Part shown: positions 35,297-49,752 of the stretch, piece by piece | How positions within the stretch are numbered: position 1 is the stretch's first letter | How the letters are laid out: each line of letters opens with the position of its first letter | Position numbers and translations under genes: made by a program | The notes under the pieces: generated by a model | Told to the model about the DNA's origin: nothing | Databases searched by the model: none | What the model saw: the letters and a program-made list of their open reading frames with translations, nothing else | Assembly: GCA_044892525.1 (NCBI GenBank) | Contig: CM097887.1 | Coordinates: forward strand, 10,912,001-10,976,000 | Origin: Schmidtea polychroa | Lineage: Eukaryota | Length of the DNA: 64,000 nucleotides | Reading direction: 5' to 3'

Positions 35297-38200
35297 ATTT
35301 CAACTCCACTTCAAATTTGTATGAAAATTTATTAAAAATAGTTTATAAAGAAATTTTTTCGAATAAAATTGAAATCTATTGCAAAATTTAAATTTTCGAT
35401 TAATTTTGTAATGAATCATTGACAGGCTCACAGATCTGATAAATTATTATTAATATTTGGACAGCCATTTCTTAATTATTGCCTCAATAACGTTTTGGGA
35501 ATTCAATGTAATGGCATTAGTTTCTTTATTCAATAAATTTTGAAGTTATCTAAAGGGAATAAAAAAATAAAATATTATTATTAACTGAAAATAATAAATG
35601 TAAAATGGTGAAATTTTCAATTTTGTTTTTATTGCATGTCAATAAAAATTTATTTTTTTATAATTAAAATATTAAAGTCTGGAAATATTAAGTGCTGTGG
35701 GAATATTTTTTTCTTCACACTCTACATAGCTTTGACAAAAGAAATAGAAATTATTTTTTATTTTTAATAGTGAATTTTTGTAACATTAATTTATAACAAG
35801 ACAAATTAGCAAAAATACTTGGATAGAAAATTCAGGAAGGAAGTTAAAGTAAATACCAATATGGCTGCCATCGCATATGTTTTCATGGATAAAGTCATTT
35901 GAAACCTAGGGGCAGATATTTAGGAGTAAGCCTCGGTTTTGCATTCCTTATTTAAAATACACATAAATAATTTAAAATGTGAATTTTCCCTGATTTGTAA
36001 TAAAATCTTCACAATAATTAATAAGTAGTAAGAACTCATTTTGCTTAGTACACCAAACACAACTGAGATACATTCTCTATAGTGGTGGTTGGCGTGTAAA
36101 GCAATTCACCCACCAATTAATTCTGCCAACACACTACATAAAAGTTTTATCAAATGCAACGCGGTTTATGTGACCTCCACAATCTTGTACACCAAACACC
36201 ACTAAGATAAATTTTACTTTTAGTCAACATTATAATTATAAATTATTTTTAATTAATTTTCAGGGATTTTTGATATTTTATGACAAGTATTTTGGAATAT
36301 TTTCGAAAAAATGTGAATTAGATATGTTTTTAATTATAATTAAATAAATGAATTACCAAAAATATGTACTTTTCTAAAACATTTTGGGAAAAATCCCCTA
36401 ATAATAAAAATAAAATAATTTTTTATTTCTGAGCTCAATATGAGGAGCTTCTTTCAGGAAAGCAAATCTGGATTGAAAAGACATTGAATTAAATTCATCT
36501 GCTCTTGAAAATTTCATTAAAAGTATATTTTTAAAAATTTTCAGTGATCTTTTTTTATCTAAAAATTGTCTAAAATAGAATTATTATAGAAATGTATCTC
36601 AGCGGTGCATTTCGATGAATCAAAGGTTTGTATGCATTTTTTAGTATGTGTTGCGCTTGTGTGTAGTTTTTAATTTTTCTACCACTTTTCAGATTTCTAT
36701 AGTATAAGATGTATCTGACTGCACTCTAAATGAGAACATCAACATGAAATCAAAGTAAGTATGTATGTTTCTATAATGTAAGATTATTGATTATTTTGTT
36801 ATATTATAGGAAATGGTTCTCAGTGGTGTTTGGTGTAGCTTTTCTCAATTTTCTCAGTTAATGTTAAAATTTGAATGCTCATTCATAATTTTGGTCTTTA
36901 TTAAAAATTGGTCTTTTAATGTATTGTCGAGGTCTGTAAATTCAAATAAATAAAATTTAGGTTGAAAATTTAAATAAAAAGTAGGTTAAGGAAAAAGACA
37001 AATAAAAGCGGGATCATGCACAGAATTGATAGTAAAGGAAGGTATGATGGAAGCAGTATTAGGAAATGGCAAAAGCAGTTGCGAAAGGCAAGAATCCGGA
37101 AATCCGAGAAAAATTTAAAAATTGTAAATTCATTGAAATCGAATTGGGAAAACAGGACAGGTATAGATTAGCTAATGGTCAACAAGATACTGATTAGGGA
37201 TTTATCAGAGAATGGTTAGAAAGGGCCGAAAAGCATTCAAATGTGTTAAAACAGAAAATGTTAATTAATTAATTAATTGGCTAATAGAAAACCCGAGCAA
37301 ATGGGAAACCCGAGCCAATGCAGAGCCTGGGAGATGAAGAAAACCCGAGCTGGATAAAAAATAGAAAAGTAAATAGAATGAAGATTTGGGACCATTAGCG
37401 TGACACAATGATTAATGGAAAAAGACCAAGGAGAAGATAGTACGTGCAGAAAGGTCGGACGTGCCATTAATTATCTTTGTTCTTGGACCATTATGGGTGA
37501 CAGCCGAAGCAGATATGTGGAGTCAAATGTCAAGTGAGAGATTGGCTCGGCAATAACCATTTGTCATCTCGATTTCGAAGATTATATAAGGAATGGGAAA
37601 ATCAGAGAAAATTGGCATTTTGCCTCAGTTAGGGTAAGACGAAACGAGAATAGGCGAAAGGTGAAAACGAATTAAGGAGATTAGAGAAAAAGAAGATATA
37701 CTAGGAAAAGGTGAAAATGAATCAAATGAAATAGAAAAGGAAAACGTTAGTCAAGAGAACCGAAGCAAATAAAAAAGGTGAATATTATCTTTTGTCAAAG
37801 CATCAACACCGAGCGGAGAATCGGTCAAACTTAACTTTGATTATTGATTGTGTATTGTTGAGAAAAGAATAGATTTTGTGATTCAAATCTACGTTGGGTA
37901 GTTTATTGTTTTGATTAAAAGGACACGAGGAGTTAGAGGTTACCGACATAAATTACCTAAAACCCAACAGTATGATAAAGTTGAAGATCTTCTCGAAATA
38001 TTTTTGCAGTAAGTTAGGACCGTTCGTTTACTTCATTTACTTTTACTTCATTTACTTCGTTTACTTTACTATTATTTTCTCGATCTTTAACCGGATCCAA
38101 TAATAATCCTATAATATCATTATCACTTAAGGGTTTCTTAATTAAATGACCATCTAAAGGAATCATTTTTTGTTAGATCTTCCATGCAAATTGTCAGCCC

Positions 38201-39378
38201 TTTTTCGGTTTATTCTATTAAAACACTTCATGAATATGATGACAATTTAATGGCCCTTATAGTAGATTCGCCAAGCCGAAATGCTTACCAACAACTATAG
38301 ATCTTTCTCCTTTCGCTAAGCGATTTAAAAGTGCAATTTGTAATTCCAAAGAATTTTTTTCTAGTTGCTGTTTCTTTTTTTCATCAGATAATATCAAATG
38401 TTTATTCTAAAATTGGAAAGAAATTAATCTTCTAATAATAAACAGTCAAAAACTTCATATTATTTACTTTACAAATACTTCATTATAAACTTTTTATATA
38501 AAGAAAATAATATGAACTTTAAATGACCGCCGAGAAAATAATAATGAGCATTGCTAGTATGTTTTGCAAGAAATAAATGAAAACTATTTATCTCGTGGAT
38601 TCCTCATAGAAACCGCATAAAAAAGAATTGAGTGAAATTGTAATCAATGTTTTGTAATTTATCATTAGTAATATTTTTGTGATTTTTATCTACTAAATGG
38701 TTCTTTACCTAAACACACACGCACCCCAGGCTGTTCCGAGGCAATTTTACTGGAGACTCGGCTGAGTACTACAAATCTCTTACGCATGCGCTTGATATAT
38801 AACACGATATATAAACTACAGCTAATTGTCTTGCGATTGACCACAATGAAACATTAGATTCCTTCATAACATATTGGGCTTCGAATTGTACGTTTATTAA
38901 ACTAGAACTACAAAGAGTAAACGAATAATACTTCTTTTCTAGATTATAAAATTGGGGAAATGTATAAATTGTGCTTTGATATTCAAGTATAGATTTTAGT
39001 AAATAAATATTTTTCACTTTATTATCACTCAATCTTGATCAAATCTTTGGGACCTGATCTTTGGGACCTTCCCTGGGAAAGTGTATCAGGGCAGCTACAA
39101 CCAGGTTAGTGTATCAGGGCAGCTACAATCAGGGCAGTGTACCAGAGAAGCTACTATTCATTTCTCTCATATCATAGAAATTTCTGGCCGTGCTGTCATA
39201 ATGAAAATAAATGAAACGTGAAGACGCAAGCATGTGCAAAAGGCTGATTAGAAATATTTGTCACTATTTTGGGCCCCTCAAATGAATACAGTTTGCATAT
39301 GATAAATAAAATAATAATGAAAACATTAAAAATTTCAACATTTATTTGATTGCATTTAAAAGATCCCAGGCAAAAAAT

Positions 39379-39648
39379 TTATCCCGATTTGAAAAGGAGT
39401 ACCGCAACTTGGCCCAAATAAAAGTAAATGAAATGTTTTGTTTCATGAGTTACGTAACTTCCGAAATTTCTACCGACAATCGCGTGCCAACTTGGATTGT
39501 ATTTTCTGTCGAATTCTTTTTTGATGTAAGCAGCAATATCCTTTTCAACGTTAAATTTCTCCATCGCTAGAGCTGCGCACTCGATTGCGTCTTGTTGCAT
39601 ATCTTCGGACATGTCTGCGTTTTTAATGATGGCTTTTTGGTCTGTCAT
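39379..39648 (-). CDS. DYNLL1: Dynein light chain LC8, single exon, 89 aa
   Basis: [15 protein letters not shown]...[55 protein letters not shown]. Confidence 0.98.
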   Translation of the reverse strand: MTDQKAIIKNADMSEDMQQDAIECAALAMEKFNVEKDIAAYIKKEFDRKYNPSWHAIVGRNFGSYVTHETKHFIYFYLGQVAVLLFKSG

Positions 39649-41092
39649 TTCCGGTTCAGTGAATCTCTGATTTCTCGACCTATTAATTTCATATTTATAT
39701 AAAATTTGTCGTCCGAAGCATCGCTTGTGTCTATGTCAGTTTTTATGTGCTTTATTCTATTAGATTCGCGCTGTGATTATGAAATCAGCCTTTCTATTGT
39801 CTTTTATGATTACGTAATCTAGCATTCTCGGTCGGATCCATTGTAGTTTTTTTATTATTATAAATTAATATTTGTGTTTATTAATTATTTCCTTATTATT
39901 ACAGTCTACTTCTTATTAATCTGAAGCAACCCCTGTTTGGCCAACCCCTAACATTAATGTCCAATATCCTGCAGAATTATTGGAACTGACTGAAAATATT
40001 ATTTATGTTAATTATGTAATCTTAGTGTTTTTTGTTGGTTGTAATTTGTTGATTAACTTAACATTTATGTTCATTTATATATTTTTTAATTAATTAATTT
40101 TAATTAATTAATTTAAATTTAATTTAAATTTAATTTAAATTTAATTTAAATTTAATTTAAATTTTTATCGAATTGTCGTTTTGAATAATTTTTGGAAATG
40201 CTAGGGCTTGGCTTGCTGTGGGCTAGCTTATTAGGTTTAATGCGTAAGGAATAATAGTGTAGTTAGGTAATTCTAAAAACAATAATAAGAAAGATTTAAA
40301 ATTACAAAAATGTATTAAAGGAGGTGAATAAATAAGGGCCAATTTAGGTGAGAAAGAACAATAACAAAGCAAACAAACAATAAAAATAGAATTCGTTGAT
40401 TATTCATTAGATGTATTTTCAATATTGGATCTTGTCAATTTGGCTTCGTTAGGTCAAAGTTTCAAATTTGTTTTAATATATAAACATTTGAGGGAATCCC
40501 GAATTGAGATACATCATCTAGGTGAGAGAAACTACTGAGTAAACTATAATTAGAAAATGCTTCCAAAAGTGGATTTTGTTTTGGAAATTATAGGTCAGGT
40601 TGCAATCATTTCTGGTAACCCGCATATACTTTATCCTATCATCATAATGCGGATCTGTCGGAAACCAATTAATTATCAGAAATAATAATTTTAAAGATCA
40701 ATAAAAAAATATTATTTATTATTCAATAATTAATATTAATAAAATAATAATAATAAAAATAATTTATAACGGAGTAAATTTTTTTACGGATGTCTAACAT
40801 TAAAATAATAACAACATTACAAACTTTGTGATACTCAGTGCAAATCCCAATAGTAGACTAGTTTCGAGCTTTTGGCTCCCATCGGTACTATACAGGAGAC
40901 GCGAAGATTTGTCTTCGTGCCAGGTAAGTATACAATATTGCTGATTCAACTCTATTGCATACTTTCCCTGCTATACTGGATATCACATCACTTGCAAATT
41001 AGCTAAATCACAGAAAACAAATATTTGCAATGGGTATCACAAAGCTTGTAATGTTTATAAAGATAATTTAAACAAAATATTTTTTTAATTAA

Positions 41093-41221
41093 CCCTCTGA
41101 CTTAGTATCCCGCGATTTCCCGTTCAAGATGTCTTTCTGGGATTATAATTTTATGCATCTCGATTTAATTATGTTTATATATTTTTTCAATCAAATTTTG
41201 ATAAAAAACGCGGTCAGATGG
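41093..41221. mobile_element. Short piggyBac-type MITE
   Basis: TTAA-CCCTCTGAC ... GTCAGATGG-TTAA. Confidence 0.55.
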
Positions 41222-42126
41222 TTAAAAGCAATTTCATTAAATAAAAAAAACAATTTTTTATCAAATTAAATTATCAAAAATAATAATTTCAAAGATCAAT
41301 AAAAAATATTTATTACTTATTATTCAATAATTAATATTAATAAAATTGAATAATATAAGAAATAAAAATTAAAAATAAAAAAAATTAGGTAATTTAAGAA
41401 TGTTAATTTAATTAAAAAAATAAATAGAATTAATAATAAAATAAATAACAAAAAAGATATAAAACTTAAATTAATAATTTAGTCTTAATTTAGACAAAAT
41501 ATTTTTTATTTAAAAAGATTTTCATTGCACTAATATTAAAAAAATATTAAAAATTTAGTTAATTTAAAATTTAATTTAAAAAAAATTAAAATATTTAATA
41601 ATTAAAATAAAATTTAAAAAAAATTATATTAATTTAAAATATATTTAGGCGATTTAAGAATATTATTTAATTAAAATAAATAAATAGAATTAATAATTAA
41701 TTTAATAATAAAAATAATAATTTTTAGAGCATAAAATATTATTATTTATTATTCAACAAAATTATCAAAAATTATTATTTATAATTAATAATAATAAAAT
41801 AATATAAATAAAAAATAGGCAATTTACAAATATTTTTTACATTCGAAAATATTAAAAATTTAGTTAATTTTAAAATTATAAATTAAAAAATTAAATTAGA
41901 AATAAAATAATAATTTTAAATATCAATAAAAAAATATTATTTATTATGAAAAAAATTAAGATTAAATTTAAAAATTAAGTTAATTTAAACAAAATATTTT
42001 TTAATTAAAAACATTTTCAAAATTAATTTAAAAATAATTAATAGATAATAATTAAAATCAAATAAAAAATAAATCGATAAAAATTTTAATCAATAAAATA
42101 AAAGACAAATCAATAATATAATATAT

Positions 42127-44647
42127 TTATATTGACAAATTATCGATCGGAACGAGGCAGAGCATCTCCTTATCGGACCCAGCAACAATCAATGATTCAC
42201 TGACATCGAGCGCTGTCACCGTGGAGGTCTGGTTACCGATTACGCTCTTCATTTGCAGCGATGACAAGCTCGAGTTGAAATCCCCCCAGTCAAACCCGAC
42301 ATCTGTACCGGAAATATTGATTAATCCTCCACAAGAGGAGGCAATGAAGAGATTTTGTGGATTTGTCGGATGGAATTTCACTTTCCAAACGTCGCTGGCC
42401 TCGAGGCCTGTGTTCAGCTGGACGGGGCCGCTCCTGTCAGTGCTGCGCAAATCCCAGATGCAAACGCATCCGTTACAGCCACTGGCAATTATATTCGGCT
42501 GTCCTGGATGCCGGGAGAGGCTGTGGATGCTCGTTAATTCACTGCCGTACCTAATTTGGATTCACGTTATTTGGTATTTATTAATAATCAATAAATAAAT
42601 ATAAAAAATTATGCGTCAATATATTAATATTTATTTGAAATTGCATCGATAAATTTATATATTTAAAATAAATAAAATTAAAAAAATATTTTAAAATAAT
42701 TTATTATAATTAAATGTAAATTAATATATTTAAAATAATTAAATTTAATAATCAACATATTTTTATTGTAAATTAATATAATTGCATCGATATTATCAAT
42801 TAATATATTTAATATTATGAATCAATAAATTTTAATTGAAAATTAATCAATAAATATATTTAAAATAATTAAAATTATATTTAAATTTATTAATTATTAA
42901 ATTGTTATTGTAAATTAATATATTTAGAATTGCATCGATTAATTTATATATTTAAATTAATCAATTACAAATAAAATTTATTCAATATATTTTAATTGTA
43001 AATTAATATAATTGCATCGATAAATTAATTTAAATATTATCAATTAATATATTTAATATTATGAATCAATAAATTTTAATTGAAAATTAATCAATAAATA
43101 TATTTAAAATAAATAAATTTAAAATATTTAAATTTATTAATTAATAAATTGTTATTGTAAATTAATATAGTTAAAATAAATAAAATTAATTCAATTTTAT
43201 TCAATATATTTAAATTGTAAATTAATATAATTGCATCGATAAATTAATTTAAATATTATCAATTAAAATATTTTTTATTATGAATCAATAAATTTTAATT
43301 GAAAATTAATCAATAAATATATTTAAAAAAATTAAAATATTTAAATTTATTATTAATAAATTGTTATTGTAAATTAATATATTTAGAATTGCATCGATAA
43401 ATTAATTTAAATATTATCAATTTAAAATAAATAAAATTAATTCAATTTTATTCAATATATTTAAAATGTAAATTAATATAATTGCATCGATAAATTAATT
43501 TAAATTTTATCAATTAATATATTTAAAATAATTAAAATTAAAATATTTAAATCGATAAAGAAAACCGATAACCCTTACATTACCACTGAATCACTGGCCT
43601 GATACTGTTATATAAAATATTATAATATAAATTTGTTAAAGGGGCCCCCTGGTTATCTTTGGCCCCCCCCCTTATAATATATGAATATTGCATATAAATA
43701 ATATAAAAAGGGCATTCAATCAATGGAGGAATCTCACAAATATTGAAAGGAAATATAATAATAACCCTAGTGGAGCAATTAAGCCCCTTTGTTACCCTTC
43801 CCCCCCTTTGTTATCATTGATAATATTGACCAATCAAATATAATATTAACAAGCAAAATAGATAATGAAAGAGTAGAAATACAAATTCATATAAATGTTA
43901 CATTATTGCAAATTAATTATTAATTAATTAATTAAATTTAAATAAATCATGAAAAAGTAATCTCACCTCAAATAACTCCACTGGGGCGTTTTGATACGCA
44001 TTCTATTATCCCATAATTTCACTTGGCCGAATGCATTTGCCGTCAGGAATGTGTGGCGATCAATTCTTTCAATTGCGTTGATTGCAGTAGCATCTTGCAC
44101 GCGGAAATCAAAAACTGCATTAGGGTCATTAACTTCTAGGCGATTAAATGCAAATTAATTAATTAATCAATTAGATATTGATTTAATACTTTTATCTAAT
44201 CTAATTGACAGCATAGTACCATCTGTTGATACGGCAATAATTCTCTCATCGGCAAACAATGAACCTGTTATTGGTCCAGAGCATACTTTATCCCAACCGA
44301 CATCTAATTCTAATTTCCCACCGTCGTCTGAATTAACATTATAAATGTTTAAGGAGCCATTAGAGCTTGATGTTAAAATTCGATCGTGAATTTGATTGAA
44401 CTGTATATCCATGACATCACCATCATGGGCAATTGTTGATAAACAAATTGGTTCAGTAATATCACCACCGTATTCCATTATAGATATTGAGTTTGCCTTA
44501 AAAACAATTGTTAAAAATCAAATTAAGATACTGTATTACTGGTTCGAAGCATGTTCCAACTGCAAAATATGCTTCTGTATCTAGAGGTTCAGATATGAAT
44601 TTGATACAAGAAATTTGCGAACAAAATGGTTTGAAAGTTAATTCCAT
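42127..44647 (-). CDS. NUP43: Nucleoporin Nup43 (WD40), 335 aa; exons 44647-44540, 44496-44190, 44135-43967, 42550-42127
   Basis: HDGDVMDIQF, TANAFGQVKLWD, SRHPGQPNIIASG, VWKVKFHPTNPQNLF, TALDV...LIVAGSD match Nup43; GT-AG introns of 43, 54 and 1416 bp keep the frame (1008 nt). Confidence 0.9.
42600..43560. repeat. AT-rich imperfect tandem repeat in NUP43 intron 3
   Basis: Recurring aattgcatcgataaattaatttaaatattatcaatt blocks. Confidence 0.8.
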
Positions 44648-45134
44648 AATTATAATTATTAAATAATAAGTTTTTGAAAGTGATATTTAAATGTAAGATA
44701 TTTAAACAAACTAAATCTTTAAATTGTAAAGTTAAAGAATAAACCAAAAATATTATATTTTGTTGAATTTTTATTTAATAATACATTAATATTTCGAATA
44801 AATGTTATGTTAAAAAATATGTAACTTAATATCTTACAGATAAATGATTGAAATATTAAGTTAAATTATCAGCTCAAATTCAGGAATTAAATTGATAATT
44901 AGTTGTCACTTAAATAGTAAATAAGCAGAACAAAAACAAAATAAGTACAAACAATAAATAAAATTGACGAGACAGCTTTAAAATGCAGAAACTGAAAAGA
45001 GACCAAAGAAAGTACTACGGTTGCCAACTCCTTTTCACTTTTTTGGTTTACACATGTTAGTGATTTTAACTATATGATAACTAATACCATAAAGATTTAA
45101 ACATGTTGAGGTTCGTAAATTAAAATAAATTTAA

Positions 45135-45212
45135 GTATGTGGCTATTTATATATACAGTATGTATACGCAATTGACTATTTATACATACTGTATGTATAA
45201 ATAGCCACATAC
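45135..45212. repeat. 78-bp inverted repeat (MITE-like hairpin); related ends at about 45257 and 45541-45553
   Basis: gtatgtggctatttata..tatacagtatgtata / reverse-complement arm with one mismatch. Confidence 0.75.
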
Positions 45213-45567
45213 TAAACCGATTAAAACCGGCCTTATAATTTATGAATAATTATTGGATGTGGCTATTTATACATACTTATTTTTATTATTATTATATAGT
45301 CAGAGTTTATCGGACAAGATATTCTGTCACTCTATGGGTACTGCTCGTAAGGGTAATAGTAGCAAAGGTACTGCTAAAAATATTCAAGGCAAAACTTTAA
45401 CAAAGAAATTCTCAATATTATACTTTAAATATACACTCAAACTAAAATTTATTAACACATTCACATTTGTCATCTCCGCATTTCATATCATTTTCAACAA
45501 CATGATACAGTAAGTATAAAAAGCCAACATGATACAGTAAGTATAAATAGCCAACATGATACAGTAA

Positions 45568-48500
45568 TGTTGGGCTGAGTCGAAAATTTAATCGTTGAAA
45601 AATAGGAAAGTAGGGAAGTAGAACATTAAGAAAAATAATAATAAAATAAATAAAATCAGAAATAAAATAGAATAAGATATAAGGAAAATAATAAGTAAGA
45701 CATAAGAATTAAAACAAAAAATAAAATTAAGAAAAGATTAAAATAGAACAAGTTGACAAATAAATAAAGAGGAATTCAAGAAATAATAAGGAAATTAAGG
45801 AAATAAATAGAAAAACATATTAAAAATAAAGAAAATAAGGAAAAAACAACCTAAAAACAAGAAAATTATATTAAATTAATAGAAATAAGCGGTACTCAAC
45901 TCTGATTGGTCCGCACAAATAAGAATTTGATATATATACAACTACCAAAAACATTAAATTTACTGTTAACCCCGAGCATTTCATAGGTAAGAAAAATGTT
46001 TACTGTTGTTTACGGTTAACCCCGAGCATTTCATAGACATCTACAACTCACGGAGACTTATTTCAAGGATCAGCAATACAAGTAGAGCAACAGTTAATTC
46101 GAAAAACTTCACAGCAATTCGAAATCAGTCACAGCAATCGACATTCAACGAACCATCATCAGACTAATTTGGAACGACTAACGTTAATTTTCCGATTCAG
46201 CCTAATTCCATAGTAAGGGATTTTTATTTATGATATTGTTTTTCGAAGTTAATAGTAAATATGTATATTTAATGAGCAATTAAACTTTTAAATTTAACCA
46301 GACTCTCTTTTCATTTGGTCCTGAATAACGATTTTGATAAAGTAAATAATTTAAATGTTTAAAAGTATTTATTGGTAACAGGTGAACTCTTACATAATTT
46401 TTATGGATATTTATTTTGAAGTGATAGTTTCATGATTTCTAATATTAACGAGAAACGTGGCGTTGAGATACTCCATGTCATGGTGTGAGGTGCCTTCGGG
46501 AGCTCAGCCGGTGGACATGGAGTATTTCAATCACGCAGCTAGATTGGGCCGAAATGTGAAGGCTTCTTCACGGGTCCAATTGCTGAAGGACTTAAAATCT
46601 GTCAGAGTACCGAAATATAGACCGAAAGGAAACCTTCTGAAAGTTTCGAAAATAGGATATGTGCTTCACAGCGACTGAGGGAGTTCTCATATTAACTCTG
46701 TATTGTCCAGAGTCGTCTTACAAGACATTCATGCCACTTCTGTCTATAAATCCGAACTTACCATGTGGGGGAAAATACCATTAAACATCCATCGCTGGTT
46801 TTCTAACATATCGAGAAGTTGAAATTGCATTCGGTAGATTTTTGAAAAAGTAACTCTAATTTAGGTCATCTCTTTCAGATGCGACATCCAAATCTTAGCA
46901 TATGATGAGGAATTTACAATAAAGGAAAAGTAAAACATAAAACCACAATAATACTGTATTCAATCACATATATTAACAAAATCTGGTAATACCCATTGAA
47001 TAATTTTCATGCTGTTGCGTCGAAATATCCACTACTGAAATATGCTTCATAGAGTCTAGTTGGCTGGTTCGTAGAGATCTCCCATCGTTCAAAAGCATCC
47101 AATATTGAGGAAATTACGAGTCGTAGTAAATAAATCCGACATCATAAGCTCAGATGGGAATCGACACGCGATGTAACATTTGCAGTTCGCTCAGTACGGT
47201 TGATAGTTACAGATAAAATTTCCATCGAATAGGCACCCATACATACAGACATACTGCTAACATAACTATGAGTAGCGTCATCCGGTCAGAAATATGCATG
47301 AGAAACAGCAGAATCATTCCGAGTGCCTCTCACCGCAGGGAATGCCGCCATGTGTCACCCTCTCTAGGATTCTTAGTGTGTGAGTAGTAATCAGTGGTCC
47401 TATTAGATAATGCTGACATGAGATGTGACTTCCAGATGACTGACTCTTAAATTTCACTACTGATAAAGGCCATTCGTACCACTAAAAAGATAAGCCAAAT
47501 AACCAGTAACCGACTACTAAGATAAGGGACTCTCTAAAGTGCACCCATTAAAGATAATTTTGCTTAAATTAAATATGCTAAATAAAAATCGAAATTGTTG
47601 AAGGGGTATTTTAATTAATAATCGAAAATTCAAACCAAACTTTATAACTAAACCATAGGAAGTTTTACCTAAGTGTTGTAGAGGTTTATCGTAATTCTAA
47701 TTAGATGTTACAAATAATAGTAGTAGCCTTCGAGCCAAATTTAAATTAACTAAAGTATCTACAGGAATTTTTGGGTTATAAAATAGCTAGTAATATTGTA
47801 GTTAAATTTCTCATATTCCCTGTAAATGACGTATTGTAATAGAAAACTAAATCCGATAACAAATTATTATGTAATTACAATATTTTTACGATGCTATATT
47901 TCTACGACGATATCACCGTATGGTATGGATAAGGGGTAATCATAAAATAGTGACGTATAGTTTATACGAAATTACGAGTTGTTACTTATTCCGCTACTTG
48001 AGGTAAGGGTGCAAGTTTTTACTAGTTGCATTTGGTCCAAAAACCTTATTTTGCATTAGAATAACAACAAATAATCAGCGAAATTTAAACGAAGTGTAGT
48101 ATAGTGTATTTGTAATGAAATAGGGTTATTCGCTCCGGCATGAATAAATCCGTAAATTGCCTTTATGTGCGATAGATAGAAATCCAACTCGAACGCGATA
48201 GACGAAAATTAAAATTTTTACAAATAATTTGCATTCGTCAGGGAAGCAATCAGGGCGTTGGGGAATAATTTTCTGTAAAGGATACGTAAAATATTAGTAA
48301 TCAAGGGTGAAGGGAGGGATCCTGTTTCATCGACTCGTCTTGTTTTCTTCCAGCACTAAGTATCCAATAGCGAATAAACCGTATATCTGATCCGAAATTT
48401 TTGGATATAGTCATCATAGTTTTCTTCTTTAGCCATCCATATGTTATCAAACCACAAATCAGCTCTACGTCCCTGCTTCTCCTGCTCAGATAAAAATGCA

Positions 48501-49727
48501 GTGATTAAAGATCTTCAAGCCCAGATCGGTCGATATAAACGAAAAATCGACGAACTGGAAGGGACATGGTTTAGTCCCGCTCGGATGAAGGAGATCCAAA
48601 AGAAGCTCGATCGTAGCGAGCATTGCCGGGACGCGCTAATATCTGAGAGCCGTGCCCAAAGAAGTCTAATCAGAGAACAATCCGAGGCACTGCATAAGGT
48701 TTACGTGCAGGCGGCTACAACCCGAAAAATAGTGCAGATTCCCATCCGAGAGGCCGATGACATCTTTCCGCCTCATCACAACCTTTCCTCGAATCCATCT
48801 CCACCGTTCAAGAGACCGTGCCAAGACTGCGTCGAAAACGAATTGTCCCCCAAGCGACCAGATGTTGTCGTCACGGGTACCAGTAAGCCCCCCACTGCTA
48901 GTCCATCTGTATCAGTCACCCCTCTGCAAGTGGCATCTTCAAGCAAACCCAAGCGCAAACAACTCTCTCGTGCAGAGCGCAAGAAGAGACAGCGCGAACG
49001 CGCCACTACCAAGCCAAACATCCCATCAATAGAGGACTCAACCAACGGTGGCAACTCTCACGTGTCCATCGACCTAACAACGGGACCCTCAGCACGAATC
49101 ATATCAGCCGCTGGCGTAACGTGGGAAGAGAACGCTTCCGAGTTTTTTAACCTCGACGAATTATTCGCCGACGCTGAATGGGAGAAACAATAGAACCCCA
49201 GTGGCGGTCAGGACGAAGAACAAGGATCCGATCTATGTTGATTATGATGTTTTCTCTTCTTTCGACAAACATTAGTAAAGTGTACAGCTGAATCCTTGTG
49301 TCATAACGTTGAAATTAATAAATCTTGTTGTCTTACACGTTTTCGTTCATGAATAATTAGACTTTAATTAAGTGGGTTGAGTAGAGAACCCGCCAGATCT
49401 AGTGAGAAATTCCCAATTTGTATTCAGCGAATCCTGATAAGTGGTTGTGTAAGGAAAAGGACGTAAGCCCTTCTAACGGCAGTCGTGAATGGGAAGTCGA
49501 GGCCTCAGCAAGGAGTAGTTTTAAGGCAGAAGCTCACCTGCTTGCTGGCGTCTCGCCTGCATAGTGCAGTACCAACGTGAAGTGATTCACGGGCACTATG
49601 TTGGAAGAAAGTTATGTGGGGTTTCACTCCAGGTTGACAAATCGGTGGCACCTTTTATTCGAGATGGACAATCAACCCTTAGACCCGTCAACATGGTAGA
49701 GTGGTCAGCCGAGGTGTAACCCCAACA
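45568..49727 (+). repeat. Candidate 5' LTR, 4160 bp
   Basis: Starts TGTTGGG and ends CCCAACA (perfect 7-bp inverted termini, TG..CA); PBS 7 nt downstream; AATAAA at 49317-49322; partner LTR not in window. Confidence 0.7.
48441..49193 (+). CDS. LTR-encoded protein of unknown function (250 aa; CxxC, coiled coil, basic patch, acidic/aromatic tail)
   Basis: Intact ORF with higher GC than its flanks; preceded by TTTCTTCTTTAG (48421-48432), followed by AATAAA. Confidence 0.65.
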   Translation: MLSNHKSALRPCFSCSDKNAVIKDLQAQIGRYKRKIDELEGTWFSPARMKEIQKKLDRSEHCRDALISESRAQRSLIREQSEALHKVYVQAATTRKIVQIPIREADDIFPPHHNLSSNPSPPFKRPCQDCVENELSPKRPDVVVTGTSKPPTASPSVSVTPLQVASSSKPKRKQLSRAERKKRQRERATTKPNIPSIEDSTNGGNSHVSIDLTTGPSARIISAAGVTWEENASEFFNLDELFADAEWEKQ

Positions 49728-49734
49728 TGATTTT

Positions 49735-49752
49735 TGGGGGCTCAGCCGGGAT
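49735..49752 (+). promoter_or_regulatory. Primer-binding site, tRNA-Pro
   Basis: TGGGGGCTCAGCCGGGAT, 16/18 to the classical tRNA-Pro PBS TGGGGGCTCGTCCGGGAT. Confidence 0.85.

Noticed and set aside
36960-38020. Purine-rich stretch resembling the giant element's non-coding regions
   Set aside because: No ORF, terminal repeat or direct sequence match that I could establish
43560-43830. GC-richer patch in NUP43 intron 3 as an extra exon
   Set aside because: Exon 3 splices to exon 4 in frame and the Nup43 alignment needs no insert
45495-45567. ccaacatgat in the 27-bp repeats just left of the giant LTR equals the LTR-end/PBS spacer sequence
   Set aside because: The flank copies derive from the local gtataaatagcca MITE-like end; a 10-bp match is not enough to infer a mechanism
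46457-46678. 73-aa ORF inside the LTR
   Set aside because: Non-ATG start and no recognisable motif; cannot be told from chance
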